A DNA stretch of 64,000 nucleotides, from assembly GCF_009914755.1 (NCBI RefSeq), contig NC_060942.1. The stretch is one strand, 5' to 3'. The position numbers were made by a program, and so were the translations under genes. Shown here one piece after another: positions 38,574 through 53,832 of the stretch. Under the pieces are notes generated by a model. That model had not been told where the DNA came from and did no database searches. It saw only the letters and a list, made by a program, of their open reading frames with translations. Numbering within the stretch: position 1 is the first letter of the stretch; every line of letters begins with the position of its first letter. This DNA is from the human T2T-CHM13v2.0 reference genome, Homo sapiens.

Positions 38574-39800
38574 GTGAATACTGAAAAACATTTTCCCTGC
38601 TGGAGTGAGAAATAAATGGTTTCTTTCAATAGGGTAGTAAAATGCATCTTTCCCAACCTATTTATATGACTCAAAGCCCAGATGTGGTTAGCCTTAATTC
38701 CTGATTGTCATCAATGTGTGTAAATATGTAGCACATACATATTCTAGTCTCTATTTTTTATGAAATGTTTTTGTCTCCCATGGCACAGTGCAGAAGAACA
38801 CAGGTGTTTGTGTCAGACAGCCAGGGTCCAATCCTGCTTCTGCTGTAGTGCAATGTAGGTAATATCTGGCCTGCATTTGGTTTATATGTAGGAACTCTGT
38901 CTTGGTTTAATGATTTTTAAATGCTACTAAATTCAGCTTCAGAGGAAGCTGTTTAGATTTGTAGAAAATGGAAACTTTAAAAAATTTTCTTCCCAGAAGC
39001 CAAGAACACTTGACTCATGTCAAGTCTACTTATTTATCCACCTGTCCATCTGTCTGTCCATCCACCCATCATCCAACCATGGAACTCAGTGCCAACTCCT
39101 GAGGTGGTAATGCATTACAGACTCTCCTGTTCTTTCTAGTCACATATTAAAGTGTTCATAAGTTGACCTTGATTGTGATAAGCATCAAGCCCACTTTCTC
39201 CAACACTGTGGATTGCTATCCCCCAACACCCCCTCCAGCTCAATCAGGCAGGCGGGCTCCTGCACTTCATAACAAGCTTACTAGAATATTTCCACCACCT
39301 ACACAAGAGGGAAAAAAAGTTGTCTATTCTTTAATATTTTGTTTTAGCATGACATCTTTCATGAAAATTTCTCCAGTAGCCACTCCCAGAGCTTGTTTTT
39401 CCCCTAATATTTTAAAACCACTGAAAAGGTTTCACTATATGCCATGTCATCTGGCACAATACATTGATTGCCTTGTTTCCTTTGGTTTGGTTTTGGTTCT
39501 TCAGATTGACTTAAGGATTGGTACTTTCTACTCTGTTTATTGCATCTGTGCTCCTGAGGAAGATTAGCCTCTGGTTTTCCTCTAGGTCTGCTTTAGTGAT
39601 GAGAAATCTGACACTTTAGAGGTGAAACACTCACCTAAGAGGACCAGGGAGTTAAGTCCATGTTTTATGCCAAAGCCCATTGTTTTCCAGCAGCCATGAC
39701 ATCATTTCTTACTGTATTGGTAAACACTTGGTAGAGACACTCACCTTTAAAATCTCCTGTGGTTGGTGGTTTCATGAGTATGTTGTGTGTTCCTGGCAAG

Positions 39801-39935
39801 GTATTGTACAGCACTGCCTATGAGGCATGGAGGAGTCTCACATGAAGGCCGCCTGCATCCTGGGGGAGTTCCTGAAGCTACTGCCCATGTTTCTCACAGG
39901 GAGGCCAGGGAAGATCAGCCCCATTCTGTACACAG
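39801..39935 (+). pseudogene. SGLT exon 9 remnant, copy 2
   Basis: [42 protein letters not shown] vs VQRCL...[33 protein letters not shown]; GC donor. Confidence 0.9.
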
Positions 39936-40598
39936 GCAAGCCATGAACTGAGGACATCCCTTTCAGGGTATGAATTCTGAGGAATGTTTCTAAGGTGTAG
40001 AGAAACATGAAAAACTGGAAATCCATTATGTCTGGAGGTAAAAACAGAAGACCAGAGGGACAGAAGAGCTTGTGCAGTGGTCAGAGGCAGGGATATTTGG
40101 TGTGTTTGCTCCTCTGCTCACCTCGCTTTTCAACCTCCCTGCTGGATTTTTGAAGTCATTTGGGTCTGGGTGTCCCATTTTGGTGAGTGGCTTGGACTGG
40201 AGGAAGTCCATAGAGTATGGCAGAGGGTACTGAAGGCTGAGGTAGAATGAGGTAAATGGGAATTGGATAAGATGCACTGGCTGCATTTGGTGACATTTCT
40301 GCCTGAGTAGGTATTCAAATATGCACCGCCACTTCTTGGTCCCCCTGAGACAGCTGGAGAACTGAACTGACTTTCACTGCTCTGTAATCAGATTGTTTGT
40401 AGTAGTTTAATTTACTCATCAGGTGACAATAATTATTGAAAATATTCCTAAAATGAACTTTCTGCCATTATTATGAATAGCGAAGAAAATTGAAGCTTTC
40501 TTGGGAGATCAACAAAATGCTGACTTGGTTTCTATGTATGCCTCATGGGTCATAGCACCCAGCCACTAGCCAGTGCTTGCACCCTTTGCTGGCCCCAG

Positions 40599-40744
40599 GA
40601 CTAGGAGGTCAGGGTAGCCTCTCTGATGAGCCTCTGACCTCCAGCCTCAGTAATGGCAGCACCCCTTCTCCATGGACTTCCACACCAAGGTCCAGAAGCA
40701 GGTGTCAGAGAGAGAGAGAGAGACCGAGCTCCTCCTCACAGGGG
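40599..40744 (+). pseudogene. SGLT exon 11 remnant, copy 2
   Basis: VASLMS-LTSSLSNGST-FSMDFHTKVQKQVSERE..ELLLTG vs [40 protein letters not shown]; internal (GA)n expansion. Confidence 0.85.
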
Positions 40745-42474
40745 GTTGCCGAGGGCCCCCTGGGCTCTGCCTAGAATGCTCTTGGAGAAGTGCAGATGGA
40801 GAAGCGGATTAGAGGCTCCAGTGGTTGGGTCCAGTGAAACTAATCAGAGTGCTAGAGACAGGAGAAGACATTTAGGTTAATTTTATCTCTTTCCACATAC
40901 AAAAACTAAGGCCCTATTTTTAAATGAAATTGTTTTTCTTCCTTTTAAGTGTCTCTAATTGTACCTGACTTTTGCTGACACTCTCGACGTTCAACCATAT
41001 ATTCACAAAACTTCATTCATGTTTGTCATGAGGGATGCATTTCTCACCTGCTCGGACAGGTGAATGCACCATCCAGATGTCCCTATATACATCACATGAA
41101 GGAGGTAACAGATGAGTCATCCACACACTAACACAGATGAGTTTATCAAACGCAGCCATTAAGGATGGGCCCATGTTACCAAGGGACAGAGTGGGGGAAG
41201 GTGCTCATTCCAAGAGGCTGCTGCAAGAGTTCAGTCAACCCAGGACACCTAGAGCCATCTGGGCCTGAAGCCAGGGGCTGGCAAGTGACAGAATGGACCA
41301 CAGAGTCTTCTCTTTCTCCTTCCACATTTTCAATAGACCATATACTGTCATAGTATTTTGTGAAACATTTAAAAATCTAAAGTACAACCTACATACAGAA
41401 AACACATGAAACCTAAATACACAGCTCTGTAACTTATCACAAAGTGAGCACCCATGGAACTACAAGTCAGGTCAAAAACTAGAAGTTACCTGCACCCCAA
41501 AACTGTCCTTCTATCTCCTCCTTTCCAAAGCTAGCCACTACAACTTTGTGTGCTAGAGTTCGCTCTCTTTTAGTTTGTGCTTATTATAAATAGAATAACT
41601 CAGGATGTGTGTTCCTGATGGATGTGTGGCGGCTGATGACAGAACTACAAGGAGAGCAGTGCCATGCACTAAACCCTGATCTTGTTCTGGGCATTGGGCT
41701 AAAGCTTTCCGTGGCTCATTCCATTTAGTGGCTGGAAGTTGCAGAGGTTTCAGAAGCTCATCCAAGATTCTGGAGCCTCCATCTCCAGCCCTAATGCTGT
41801 CCGCCTTTTCACCCAGCCACCACCTGTTTCAGGAGAACACACAGAAGTGATGACCTTTTCTGGACAGGCAAGTAAATCCTGCTGTTTTTATTATTCACGG
41901 AAAAAACACTGGCTCATGGGAGGTGGGAAGGTGACAAACTCATTCTCCCTGGACCTCAGGAACCACAGATAGGATTATACTGACCACCAGTATTTTATTC
42001 CGTTAGTTCTACCTACATGAATCCTGTAGTACTGAAATGCGTTAGGTTAGCATTTTTGGCCGATGTACTTTACATTCTGGGTTAGAGGTTTTTAAGATTC
42101 ACCTGTGTAAGCTGACTTAGTTTTCTGTAAGTTTGTGAAAAAGTACAAAAATGGTGATCTCTTTTATCATACAAATAATTTCTTTTTAATAGAATGTTTT
42201 TTCTAATTAATGTATTAATGTACTCTTCATTCAACACATTCGCTTACATTTGAACTATTTTATGAATGAATGTTTAATTGCATAGGTGAAGATTACTAGT
42301 CACGGGCATTTTACTAACTGATTCTCATTAGGCATAGGTTCATGTGATTTCAAGGAGCTATGTTTTGTTTGGTAAAAGTAATAAAATAGCACAAGAATGA
42401 ATGCAAGCACTGAAGCACGATGGAGGCGCCTGTCATGACTTGTCTATGATTTACATCACTCGTTATCTTTCCAG

Positions 42475-42632
42475 GTTGCTTATCATCCTGATAATTGTCA
42501 TCAGCATTGTTTGGGTCCTTCTAGCACAGTTTCACAAAATGGGCAACTCTTCCATTAGGTAGAAATAATTCCATTTGAGCCTTTAATTGCATCTGTCTTC
42601 CAGCTTCTTCTTTTGGAAGAGTTAATTAAAGG
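42475..42632 (+). pseudogene. SGLT exon 12 remnant, copy 2
   Basis: LLIILIIVISIVWVLLAQ-SQNGQLFH*...LIASVF...RVN, with frameshifts and stops. Confidence 0.88.
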
Positions 42633-43619
42633 GTAGACACATTAGAAATTTTTTTTCCACGTTAGAATGAGCAAACCACAATGTTCATTTCACTGGAGTA
42701 GCAGAATGCTTCCTTTTGACCTCCCAAGCTCATCTCAATTTCATTGCAGTAGCCCCATTTCCTAATGCTCACCAAAGTGTGTAAGTACAGAGGGCGTTCC
42801 TGTAGTCAGGTGTTTCTATTTCTTATGATCTGTGATATTTATACATAGCACAGTGCTCAGCAGCACAGATTTGGGAGTCAGGATGCTTGGATCCAGTCCT
42901 TACTCTGATACTGAATAGAATTGTGATCTTGAGCAAATCCCTTGAATCTATGTAAAAGTATTATAATTCTACCTTATTTTTGAGGTTCCTGAGACGATTA
43001 AAGTTTTTTTTTTTTAATGAAGCCCTGGAGCACTAGATGTACCCTTATCATTATTATTATTATTTTCAGGTGTTGGTCAGGTTCAGAGACATTAATATCT
43101 CTTTGTCTTTATCTTCATCTCTCAAAATCATCTGCTTGCCTTTATGCAATACTGTTTTTCTTAAATGTAATTCCTTGCACAGGAAGACTGGGGATTACCA
43201 CCAAATTTTGAAAGTAAATAAAAGCTCTTAATTATCAAAAATTTTAATGGAACTGTGAAAACCACCTAATATCAACTTTCTAAATTGTATAACATAAGTC
43301 AGTTCTGTTTATTCTACAAAGTGAATATTTTTGAATCTATGTATAATTAATTATATTAATTACATTTTTCAAGGAAACCCACCATTTTGGATCATGGAGT
43401 GCAGGATTTATGAGTCTCCTGGAGGCTGGAGAATCAAAGTACAAAGCCGTGTTCCAGCTCTGGAGTGCAACAGCCCACTACTAAATACACATGTATTTGC
43501 AGCCTTTTTGGCTCAAGGCTAGATGCTTGTCAGTCCTTAGGTTGAGAAAGCAGGCATGGTGACAATTATGACCTCTCCTATTTCCTCAAATCTCTGATTC
43601 GTTCTTGCTTCTAATGCAG

Positions 43620-43804
43620 GATACCCTCTGAGGTCAAATCATTGGGCTTGTGGCCATGAGACCACAGACTTTGCCTAGCTTCCAGTGACTGTCCGAGATG
43701 ACCTGTGGAGTGCACCGCCTGTACTTGGACATCACTGTCTTTTCCGATCCATACCCGTCATCCTTGGAATTTCCCCTGCATCCAAACCTGTTCCTGATAC
43801 AGGT
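43620..43804 (+). pseudogene. SGLT exon 13 remnant
   Basis: TGCAG|...CLASSDCP-MTCGVHRLYL...ILGISPASKPVPDTG|GTGAGT vs CLAPSNCPKIICGVHYLYF...LGISLLTKPIPDVH. Confidence 0.88.
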
Positions 43805-44149
43805 GTGAGTAATGAGTAAGGAATTTATGGTTTTATTTAAAGATAGGAGCTTTGCTTTTTAAAACTGCTACTCATGTACAGGTCCCAGGCCAGTGGAATC
43901 ATGGCAACACAGATTCCCAGAGCTAGAAGGAACGTGTGGTATCATTCAGTCATCCAATCAAATAATATTTGCACCTAATCTGTACAAGGAACCAGTGACA
44001 TAAGGAATAAAGGATTAGAAAATGGGCTCCACATAAAATTTTTTAAAGGAAAACCTCACAATGCAATTGAGAGGAATATTTGCACCGTTCTTTTTGGATA
44101 TCAGGAAGTAAATAGTGTTCCCCATGAGAATGGGAAAGACTTCACAGCG

Positions 44150-44241
44150 GAGCTGCCATCTGGGCTGGACCTGTTTGTGGGTGAGTAGCATTTCACACAC
44201 AGCATGCACCAGCACAGAGATAAAAAAAGTTCATGGAAACT
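44150..44241 (+). pseudogene. SGLT exon 14-like remnant (tentative)
   Basis: TGC CAT CTG GGC TGG ACC (CHLGWT vs YRLCWS) at the expected position between exons 13 and 15. Confidence 0.4.
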
Positions 44242-44312
44242 GTGAGCAGAAAGAAGCAAAATAAAACACTGAGGTGTGCTTTTGTCTTTCAGGTTGTCAC
44301 AGATGTTTAATA

Positions 44313-44551
44313 CAGGTTAGCATCCCAAATCCAAAAATCTGAAATCCAAAATGCTCCAAAACCCAAAACATTTTCAGCTTCTAAATGATGCCCAAAGGAA
44401 GTGCTCGCTGGAGCATTTCAGATTTCAAATTTTTGGATTTGGAATTCTCAATCAGTAAGCATATAAAATGTAAACATTCTGAAATCTGCAAAAACCCAAA
44501 TCGGAATCACTTCTGGTCCCAATCATTTCAGATAAGGGATACTCAGCTCTC
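44313..44551. mobile_element. Tigger4a/MER46-like MITE
   Basis: TA-CAGGTTAGCATCCC...GGGATACTCAGCT terminal inverted repeats and internal ATCCAAAA repeats. Confidence 0.75.
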
Positions 44552-45255
44552 GTGTGTAACATTCAGTGTTGGTGAGGATGGGGGGTAACACCCACTCTCT
44601 GTAACTGCTAGAAGCATATGAATTTGTATGATTTGTAAGAGGGCAATTTGGGAGGACCTATCTGTTTTAAAATTCTCCTAACCCATGGATCTCATCCCAT
44701 TTCTAGAGTCTTTTATGTAAAATATTTCTACCATTAGGAGAAATATATGCAAGGGGACTTTCTATGTAGCAATGTTTTAATAAAATAGAAAATTGGGACA
44801 AACCAAATTTCCATCACAAAGGAAATAGATACACAAATAATAATACACTGAATATTATGCAGGTTTTAAACATCAGAAAAGGGCTCAGCTTCTGATCTCC
44901 AATGATGGTGTTGAAGTGGGTCACAGCCGGTTTACATTTGGTTTTCATGTGGGAACTCTGGGTGTCTGCCTTAGTTTAATGATTTTATATGTCACTAAAT
45001 TCAGCTAATGAAAAGCTATTCCATGCATGGCAAAACGGAACTTGAAAACAGTTTCTTGTCAACAATCGAGTGGACCTGTTTTATGTACAACCCACGCCTT
45101 CATCTGCCTGCCCCTCAGTCTGTCTGTCCTCACAGTCCTCATTCATTAGTGGAACTGAGTGCCCACTGTTGGGTTGACGATCAATTCCATAACCTCCCTG
45201 TTCCTAGTCACACATTAATTCTTCAGTACATCCCTTTGGGATCACTTGGGATTAA

Positions 45256-45673
<418 letters not shown>

Positions 45674-46607
45674 CAAACTCCCTGTTTTTACTCCAACTTT
45701 TACCTCCTCTTGAAGACAAAACAAGCAAACAAAACTGTAACAGTATTTTTAAACTTAGCTGTAATCTTTCTTCCTTCATGAACATTTCTCCAAAAGCCAT
45801 TCCCATGGCTCTGTGTGTTCCAAATATTTTTAAATATTAGGTATAAGGTTGAGCGTTTCAGGATATGCTGTTTTGAGCTGTACACTAACTGTACTGTTTG
45901 TATTGATTCTTCACATTTGAGGCATGGTCATTGCCTCCCACTGCTTTGGAGAGTTGATGTCAGTGCTCCTGAATAAGATTGGTGCACAGTTTTTCTTTTT
46001 ATACTTAATTTTTTGGTTTGGTATTAAAATTACAGTGTTTTCCTCAAATTAATTGTAACTAGCCCCTTTCATCAATTTCATGGAAATATTTCAATCAGAT
46101 TTGAATGCCAACTCCATTGTAATTTTGGTATTTAGCCACTAATACTATTAGGGGTGTGTGGGGGGCAGGAGGTGGAGCTGGGGTAAAGAAAGGGAGAGAA
46201 AGATGGAGATGAGGAAAGATACTTCTTAACTACTAATTAAATTTATATAATGGCTATTGAAGTATTTAGGATTTTTCTTCATGAATTCATTTTAGAAAAT
46301 TATGCCTTCTAGGATTTTATCTATCTTGTACACATTTTAAATGTCTCAGCATAAATTTCCTCATATCAACTGTCTGTTTTGTAATCTCTGCTACCTCTAT
46401 AATTATGTCTTTTTATTAAGTTCTGATATGAATTTTTGTGATTTCTCTTTTTTTCTTGATAATACACTTTTCTCAGAAACAGCTGTTGGCTCTGTTACCC
46501 CTTCCCACTATTGTCCTTATTTTCTCTTTCATTAATTTCTCTTCTCATCGGTTATCCTTCCATTACATTATTTGGATTTCTTCTGATGTTATTTTTTTCT
46601 AACTTAA

Positions 46608-47492
<885 letters not shown>

Positions 47493-47770
47493 TGCCAGGC
47501 CTGTTTTGTTTTTTTGTTTTGTTTTGTTTTTCCTGTATACCATGTATCTTTTGCACTTTATTGAACTTTAGGTCATACAAAATTTTTCTATTTTCATATA
47601 ATAAAATTTAATTATAATTTAATGATATTCTCAGGGTTTCTTCACCGCTTTCAAGGGGGTGTTCACTTTCTTCAGTAACGTGTGCTGCTTTGACAGGGAA
47701 CAGCCAGCGTCAGCTGAAATCGGAATTCTCTGTCTCATGTTTTAGAAGAATTGATCTTTCTTTATTTCAG

Positions 47771-47972
47771 ATAACCCTAAGGAATATCTTGGATGTCTTC
47801 ACGGGGCTTATGACTTATTCTGAGGTTTACAAAATAGAGGCCCCCAGCTGAGCAAAGAGAGGGCTGCAGCGCCGAGGGAACAGCTGCCGGACTCACCGGA
47901 GAGGCCTCCTGGAGCACGCCGGGACCCCCTCCACCCCCTGGCTTTGGCTGCATCCATGGCTAGTTTGCCTGA
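47771..47972 (+). pseudogene. SGLT terminal exon 15 remnant
   Basis: TTTATTTCAG|(D)NPKEYLGCLHGAYDLF*GLQNRGPQLSKE...LPDSPERP-W...IHG*FA* vs SLC5A4 [29 protein letters not shown]...LTDTSERPSW...IHGYYA*. Confidence 0.92.
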
Positions 47973-48859
47973 ACTATATCTGAGCCACTGAGAGTATTTA
48001 TTAAGCAGAGAATAATTTTGAGTTTCACTTTTATAACTTTTGTTTCAAAAGTTGTTTTGGATAATTTAATGAAATGACTGTAAACCAGAATTCCCCTTTT
48101 CATTATTTCTTTGTGTCGATATAAAAAGAGTTGATGATTTTAAAAGCCAGTGAGATGTCCCTGTCTGTGGATGTCAGCGGGAGCGTGGGGTCTGAAGCCT
48201 TTCTCTGGTGGCTGTCCAGGAAGATTGCCCCAGCTTGCACTCCCTTTTGGCGGGTTCCAGAGCCTTCCATTTGAAAGGAGCATCTCTCCCCACTCTGCCC
48301 CACCCAGCACCAGCTCTTCTGGAACCCACTGACTTCCTAAACACTTTCTTCCTCCTTCACCTCATTGAATTCAAGACTTTAGAAAACAGCCAAAAACTCT
48401 AGAGGTGGGGGTGGGTGTGATCTGGAAATCCCTGCTGTAATCTTTTTAAGGGAATCCACTGGAAATTATTAATTTATGTTTTAAATAAAACCATTCCTTA
48501 CTTCACAGAATATTAAGCCACTCACTTTTTAACAGAACTTTGAGATATAATTAAAATGCCGTAAATTTCACCCCCACACAGTGTACAGTTCCAAGGTTTC
48601 CAATATAGTCACAGAAGTCTCTGCAACAATTACCACAATTTTAGACATGAAGACCATTTGTTGGCAGCCCTACCTGTATCTATGTGTATATATATAATTT
48701 TAATATTGGATTAGATGTTATAGTATTTAATATTGTACTGTTACCTATTTGTGTCTTTATATTGCTGTTTTTTATTCAGGTGAATAATAATTATCTCCAT
48801 ATAGTCATACATTTATATAGGGTTAAAACATACCTTTTTACAATTCAATAAATTAAATT

Positions 48860-49170
<311 letters not shown>

Positions 49171-50658
49171 TAAATTGTTTTTAATTACTCACATAAGAAA
49201 CACATGTGTTATTGTTATAAAAATTCACATAGTGCTTAGGTCTACAGAATAAACGTATCCCCGCCACCTCCCAGCCCACCCCCTCGTCTGCATTCACCTA
49301 CACACAGTTAAACATGCACATATGTTTCCGTGACACGATCTTGTTTGCATATTGTTCACTGATTTGCTTTTCCATATAAGATTTAATTTGGTGATTATTG
49401 CTTATCAGTACCTATAGGTCTCTCTCATTATTATTTATAATTACATCATTATTCCATAGGGTATTTTACCATAATTTGGTCACTTTTTCACTGAGGAATT
49501 TTTATGTCAGTTTCAGTTATTTGTTATTGTTACCAATGCTGTACTGGGCATCCCTGTATATCCACCTTTTTGTTGCATTAGTTAAGTGGTTTTTTCCTTT
49601 TATGATTGATTTCTAAAAATAAAATACTGCAGCAAATGTTAATGTTTAATATTTTCATAAAATTAAAAATCTGTGTTCCAAAAAGAAATCAATGGTTTAT
49701 ACTTCTACCATCAGTGTATGAGAATTCCTATTTCCCCACACCCTTAATTACACAGGAAATTATCAATGTTTGCCAATTTTATGATTTTAAAATATTTTTA
49801 CTTTTAATTTGGATTTCTCCACTTATTAGGGAGATTGTGCATATTTGTGTATGTGTGTTGGCCGTTTGTATTTCTCCCTGTGATTTTCATAATGATACGT
49901 TTTCCTAGTTTTCTAATTCATTTAGTGATATTCTTTATATGTTCTACACATTTATTATTTCCATATAATTACTGAGTTTTTTTTAAGGTCTGTGTCATAA
50001 CTTTTACTTTGTTTATATTGTTTCTGTTTTGAAGAAGCTTTTCTTTTTACACAGTCAAATTTTCAATATTTTCCTTACCATTTCTGGATTTGTGACAGGC
50101 TTTCAATAGTTGATCCTTTTAGGGCTTTATTGATTTGTTTTGTTTTAAAGAACATGCTCAAATCCTACATTATATAGTGATTTACTTGTTCCCTTTATAA
50201 CACGTGGTAGACATTACTAGTTCCAACTAATGTAGATTAAATGTATTCTTTTCAGTTGTGTAGTAATTCATATTATAGATACGTTCTGATTTCTTTCTTC
50301 TCTGTTAGATGGATATTAAGCTTATTTTTTAAAATTCCCACCACTAATGACTTTCCAGTAATCATCAATATACATAGATCCCCCCAATGTTTTTGGTTTT
50401 TTTTTGTTTTTATGTAGTATACGATTCTCAAAATTGTATAATTGAGTTATGACAAATTTAATTATAATTTAAAAAATACTGACATTATTCTTCACAAAGT
50501 TAATCAGATCACACTCTTACCAATTACATAAGTAGGCCTCTTCCTATCTAGGCTCAATAGCACTAAAAGTTTTTTAATAAAAATACTAATTTGGTTTGTG
50601 AAAAATCCCATAGGTGCTTTAATTAATCAACTAGTTCTATTTCAGTGAGTTGCCTATT

Positions 50659-50660
<2 letters not shown>

Positions 50661-50700
<40 letters not shown>
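50661..50700. repeat. (GT)20 microsatellite
   Basis: Perfect dinucleotide run. Confidence 0.98.
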
Positions 50701-50702
<2 letters not shown>

Positions 50703-51424
50703 ATGGCTGAGCCGGCCCTGCCTGGGCCACAGCTACCCTAAACAGAGACGAAGGACTGTAGGTCAGAATCACAGCCCCCCTGAGGAGAGAGGTGTGTGAA
50801 GCAGAGTGGGGTGAGGTTCCCCCTCCCCTATGCAGGGGGTGAGCAGGATGAGGACAGGAGCCCAGGGAGTGGTGCAGACACAACTCCCACTTCCTGACAC
50901 TGCTTTGGAGCTTGGGCTCCTTCAAAGCCGCCTTACAGATCCTAAAACCTTCATGGGGGCACAGCCACTGCATGCAAATAAGAGCTGTTACCTGTCTGTC
51001 CCTGGGCCTCCCTCTCCTGGGTTCTCACAGCTGACCCAGTGGGTGGAGGGGGGTCCTTGCTGTCAGCGTTGCAAGCCAAACCTATCCAGTGGGCACCCTG
51101 ATGGCTGAACTCCCCTGGAGGCCCTGGGGGGTTTCCCAGCTGGGAAGGGCCATCTCAGGAGTGTCCCCACTGTCTCCCACTGCCCTCAGACCCCAAAGCC
51201 TTCCTGCCTCCCTGACACACCTGGGCATCTCAGTGTGAGGCCCGCAGTTTTCTAAAGCTGTTCATGGTGTGAGAGAGGGGCCAGGGCATCTGGGAACTGT
51301 AAACAAGGGTGCTGTCAGTGGAGGGAGGTCTCTCTTCCCGAAAGGAGCCGCAGCCACCTGCTTTCCAGCTGTACCAGCAGGGCATGTGTGCTATTTCCTC
51401 TCTGTCGGTGTTTCCTGGGAACTC

Positions 51425-52196
51425 TGCCTCCCGGGTTCAAGCGACTCTTCTGCTTCAGCCTCACCAGTAGCTGGGACTACAGGCATGCACTGCCACATCT
51501 GGCTAATTTTTGTACTTTTAGTAAAGACATAGAGACAGGTTTCACTATGTGGGCCAGGCTGGTCTCAAACTACTGACCTCAAGTGATCCTCCCACCTTGG
51601 CCTCCAAAAGTGTCAAGTTCCTAATTTCAATAACTAATCTCACAGATTGCTCTCACATAATGCTGTTTGCTGCATCTCCCAATTTTCAATTTGCGCAATT
51701 TTTATTATTTATTAGTAAGTGTTATCTAATTTCATTGTGATTCTTACAGAGATTTGAGTTTAAAACTATGCTCTACATTTTCTCATATTGCAGCCAATGC
51801 TCCTGTGCATGAGTCTTCATATTTTGCAAGTCTACTTTGGGATAGATTTTGAGATGTTGGACGATGGGTCAAAGTGTTAGTGCTTATGCAGCTTTGCTAG
51901 ATGTTGCCAAACTCCTCTCCACAGGTGCTGAGTCAGCTTTCTTCACAACAATGTGGGCACAACCACACTAACGTAGTTACATGTGAAACTTCTGAAATTT
52001 TGTCTTGAAGTGGTTTCTCAGTGTAGTTTTAATGTGAACTTTTTCACATTTTGAATGAGATTAAAAGCCATTTGTTCTTTTGTTTCTCTTTGAACTGTTT
52101 ATGTCTCTGACATGCTTACATGGGCTTGTTGGTACTCTTTTCTTCCCTGTTTTTAGAGACTTATTATATATTGAGTATATTAAAACCTTTGTGTTA
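51425..52196 (+). repeat. Local direct duplication, copy 2
   Basis: Nearly identical to 46716-47492. Confidence 0.92.
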
Positions 52197-52948
52197 GGCA
52201 CAGAGTTTACTCACACCACACTCTCATCAGCCTCTCTTTTATCTATTTTTTTCCTTTATAACTATTTCAGATCATGTTTCCGTCCATCCCTGAGTCACCA
52301 ACCCAAGTGTAAATAATGTGGACCACTCTTCCAAATAATCTCTACAGATACTTAAAGAATTCATAGAGTGTGTTTGCATTTTTGCATTAAATTATTTTCC
52401 CCCTTTAGGCCTCATCGGTTTTTTATTTTTTCTGAGATTTAAGCTCATACATTTAATTTTATCCATGTGTGCCTGTGAGCCTCTTCCGTGACTTCCAACT
52501 GGTCAGCATTGCGTCAACCACACTTTCCTTATAAACCCCCTTGTGCCGAGCAGCCAGGTTGCTACTGATACCAGCTCCCTCCTACAGTGAGGACGCCTCC
52601 TGCATCTTTCCTGCCTCTGAACGACAGAGGGCTTGGTGCTTGGAGAGTGCACACTTAATGTTCCTGTGTGCTGAGGAAATCCCTCAGGATGGTTGACCTC
52701 CTAAATACTCCCAGTTGTGAGAGTTTGACTCCCCATAACCTAACTAGCAATTTATTTTGATTCTTTTAAATTGCAACATTAGTTGTCTGCTCAGCACTCA
52801 CTGGTTTCATGCCTGACTGAGAAATAAGTGTGCAGTTCTGGAGTGTCCACGAGAACCCACGGGTTTCGCTTGCCCGGGCTGTGCTGGCGGGCGGACCTCC
52901 ATCCCTCTCCCTGCTTCCAGCCCAAGGGGCTCTGGCTGCTCCCGCCAC

Positions 52949-53084
52949 TCCCATCGCGCTCCGCCCCAAGCCCCATCGCGCTCCGCCCCAAGCCCCATCG
53001 CGCTCCGCCCCAAGCCCCATCGCGCTCCGCCCCAAGCCCCATCGCGCTCCGCCCCAAGCCCCATCGCGCTCCGCCCCAAGCCCC
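52949..53084. repeat. 22-bp GC-rich minisatellite, 6 copies
   Basis: Unit CCCCATCGCGCTCCGCCCCAAG, perfect period 22. Confidence 0.97.
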
Positions 53085-53832
53085 TTTGCTTTCCCTTTGC
53101 CCTTCGTGGAGGGAGCCTCCCACAGAGACGTGCTGGGCTTCTCCACAGCCACTGCTTTTGCCTCAGGTGGATCTGAACCTATGTTCATATGACTTTTATT
53201 CATCCACATTTGCCTTCTGTAATTGCTTTGTTGTAATATTTTTCCATTTTTAATTAGGTTTCCATTTTATTTGTCTTTTCTATTTTTTTTCAGAATTCTC
53301 GGTAGTCCTTGCAAATATCTTTCCATTGTTTGATACCCTGTGCAATTTTACCTATTAAATCCTTCTTTGAACAAAACACCTTAAATAATAGTCGTGCAGG
53401 AACTCACAAGGTTATGTGGTTTCTCAGACAGAATAACACACCATGTACTCACTTTCGTCTGTCAAATTCACAGAAACCTCAGCAAGTTTGGCATAGTAAA
53501 GCATATGAAAGTGCACTCAATCACACATGATTAGAAGAATGCATATTCAAACTAGAGTTTCTCACTTCTACACCCACCAAAATAGACACGTTATCACAGA
53601 GAAAAATGCAGAGGGTTGGTGAGGTTGTGGAGGAACTGGAGCTATCACATGTGACTCTGGGAACATACTTAATTTCATCCACTTTGATAAATGACTTTCT
53701 AGGGTGTACTAGAGTAATCGGTACCTGTGACCCTACAGTCCCACTCCTGCTACCTATGTCCAAAATACATGTATGAGGCAAGGATGCTGGTGTCCCCCTG
53801 GGGGGCTTTATAGCAGCGTCACTTCATGTAAC

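Noticed and set aside
52766-53253. Several overlapping repetitive ORFs
   Set aside because: Artefacts of the stop-free 22-bp minisatellite; also not CRISPR, as there are no spacers and the DNA is eukaryotic
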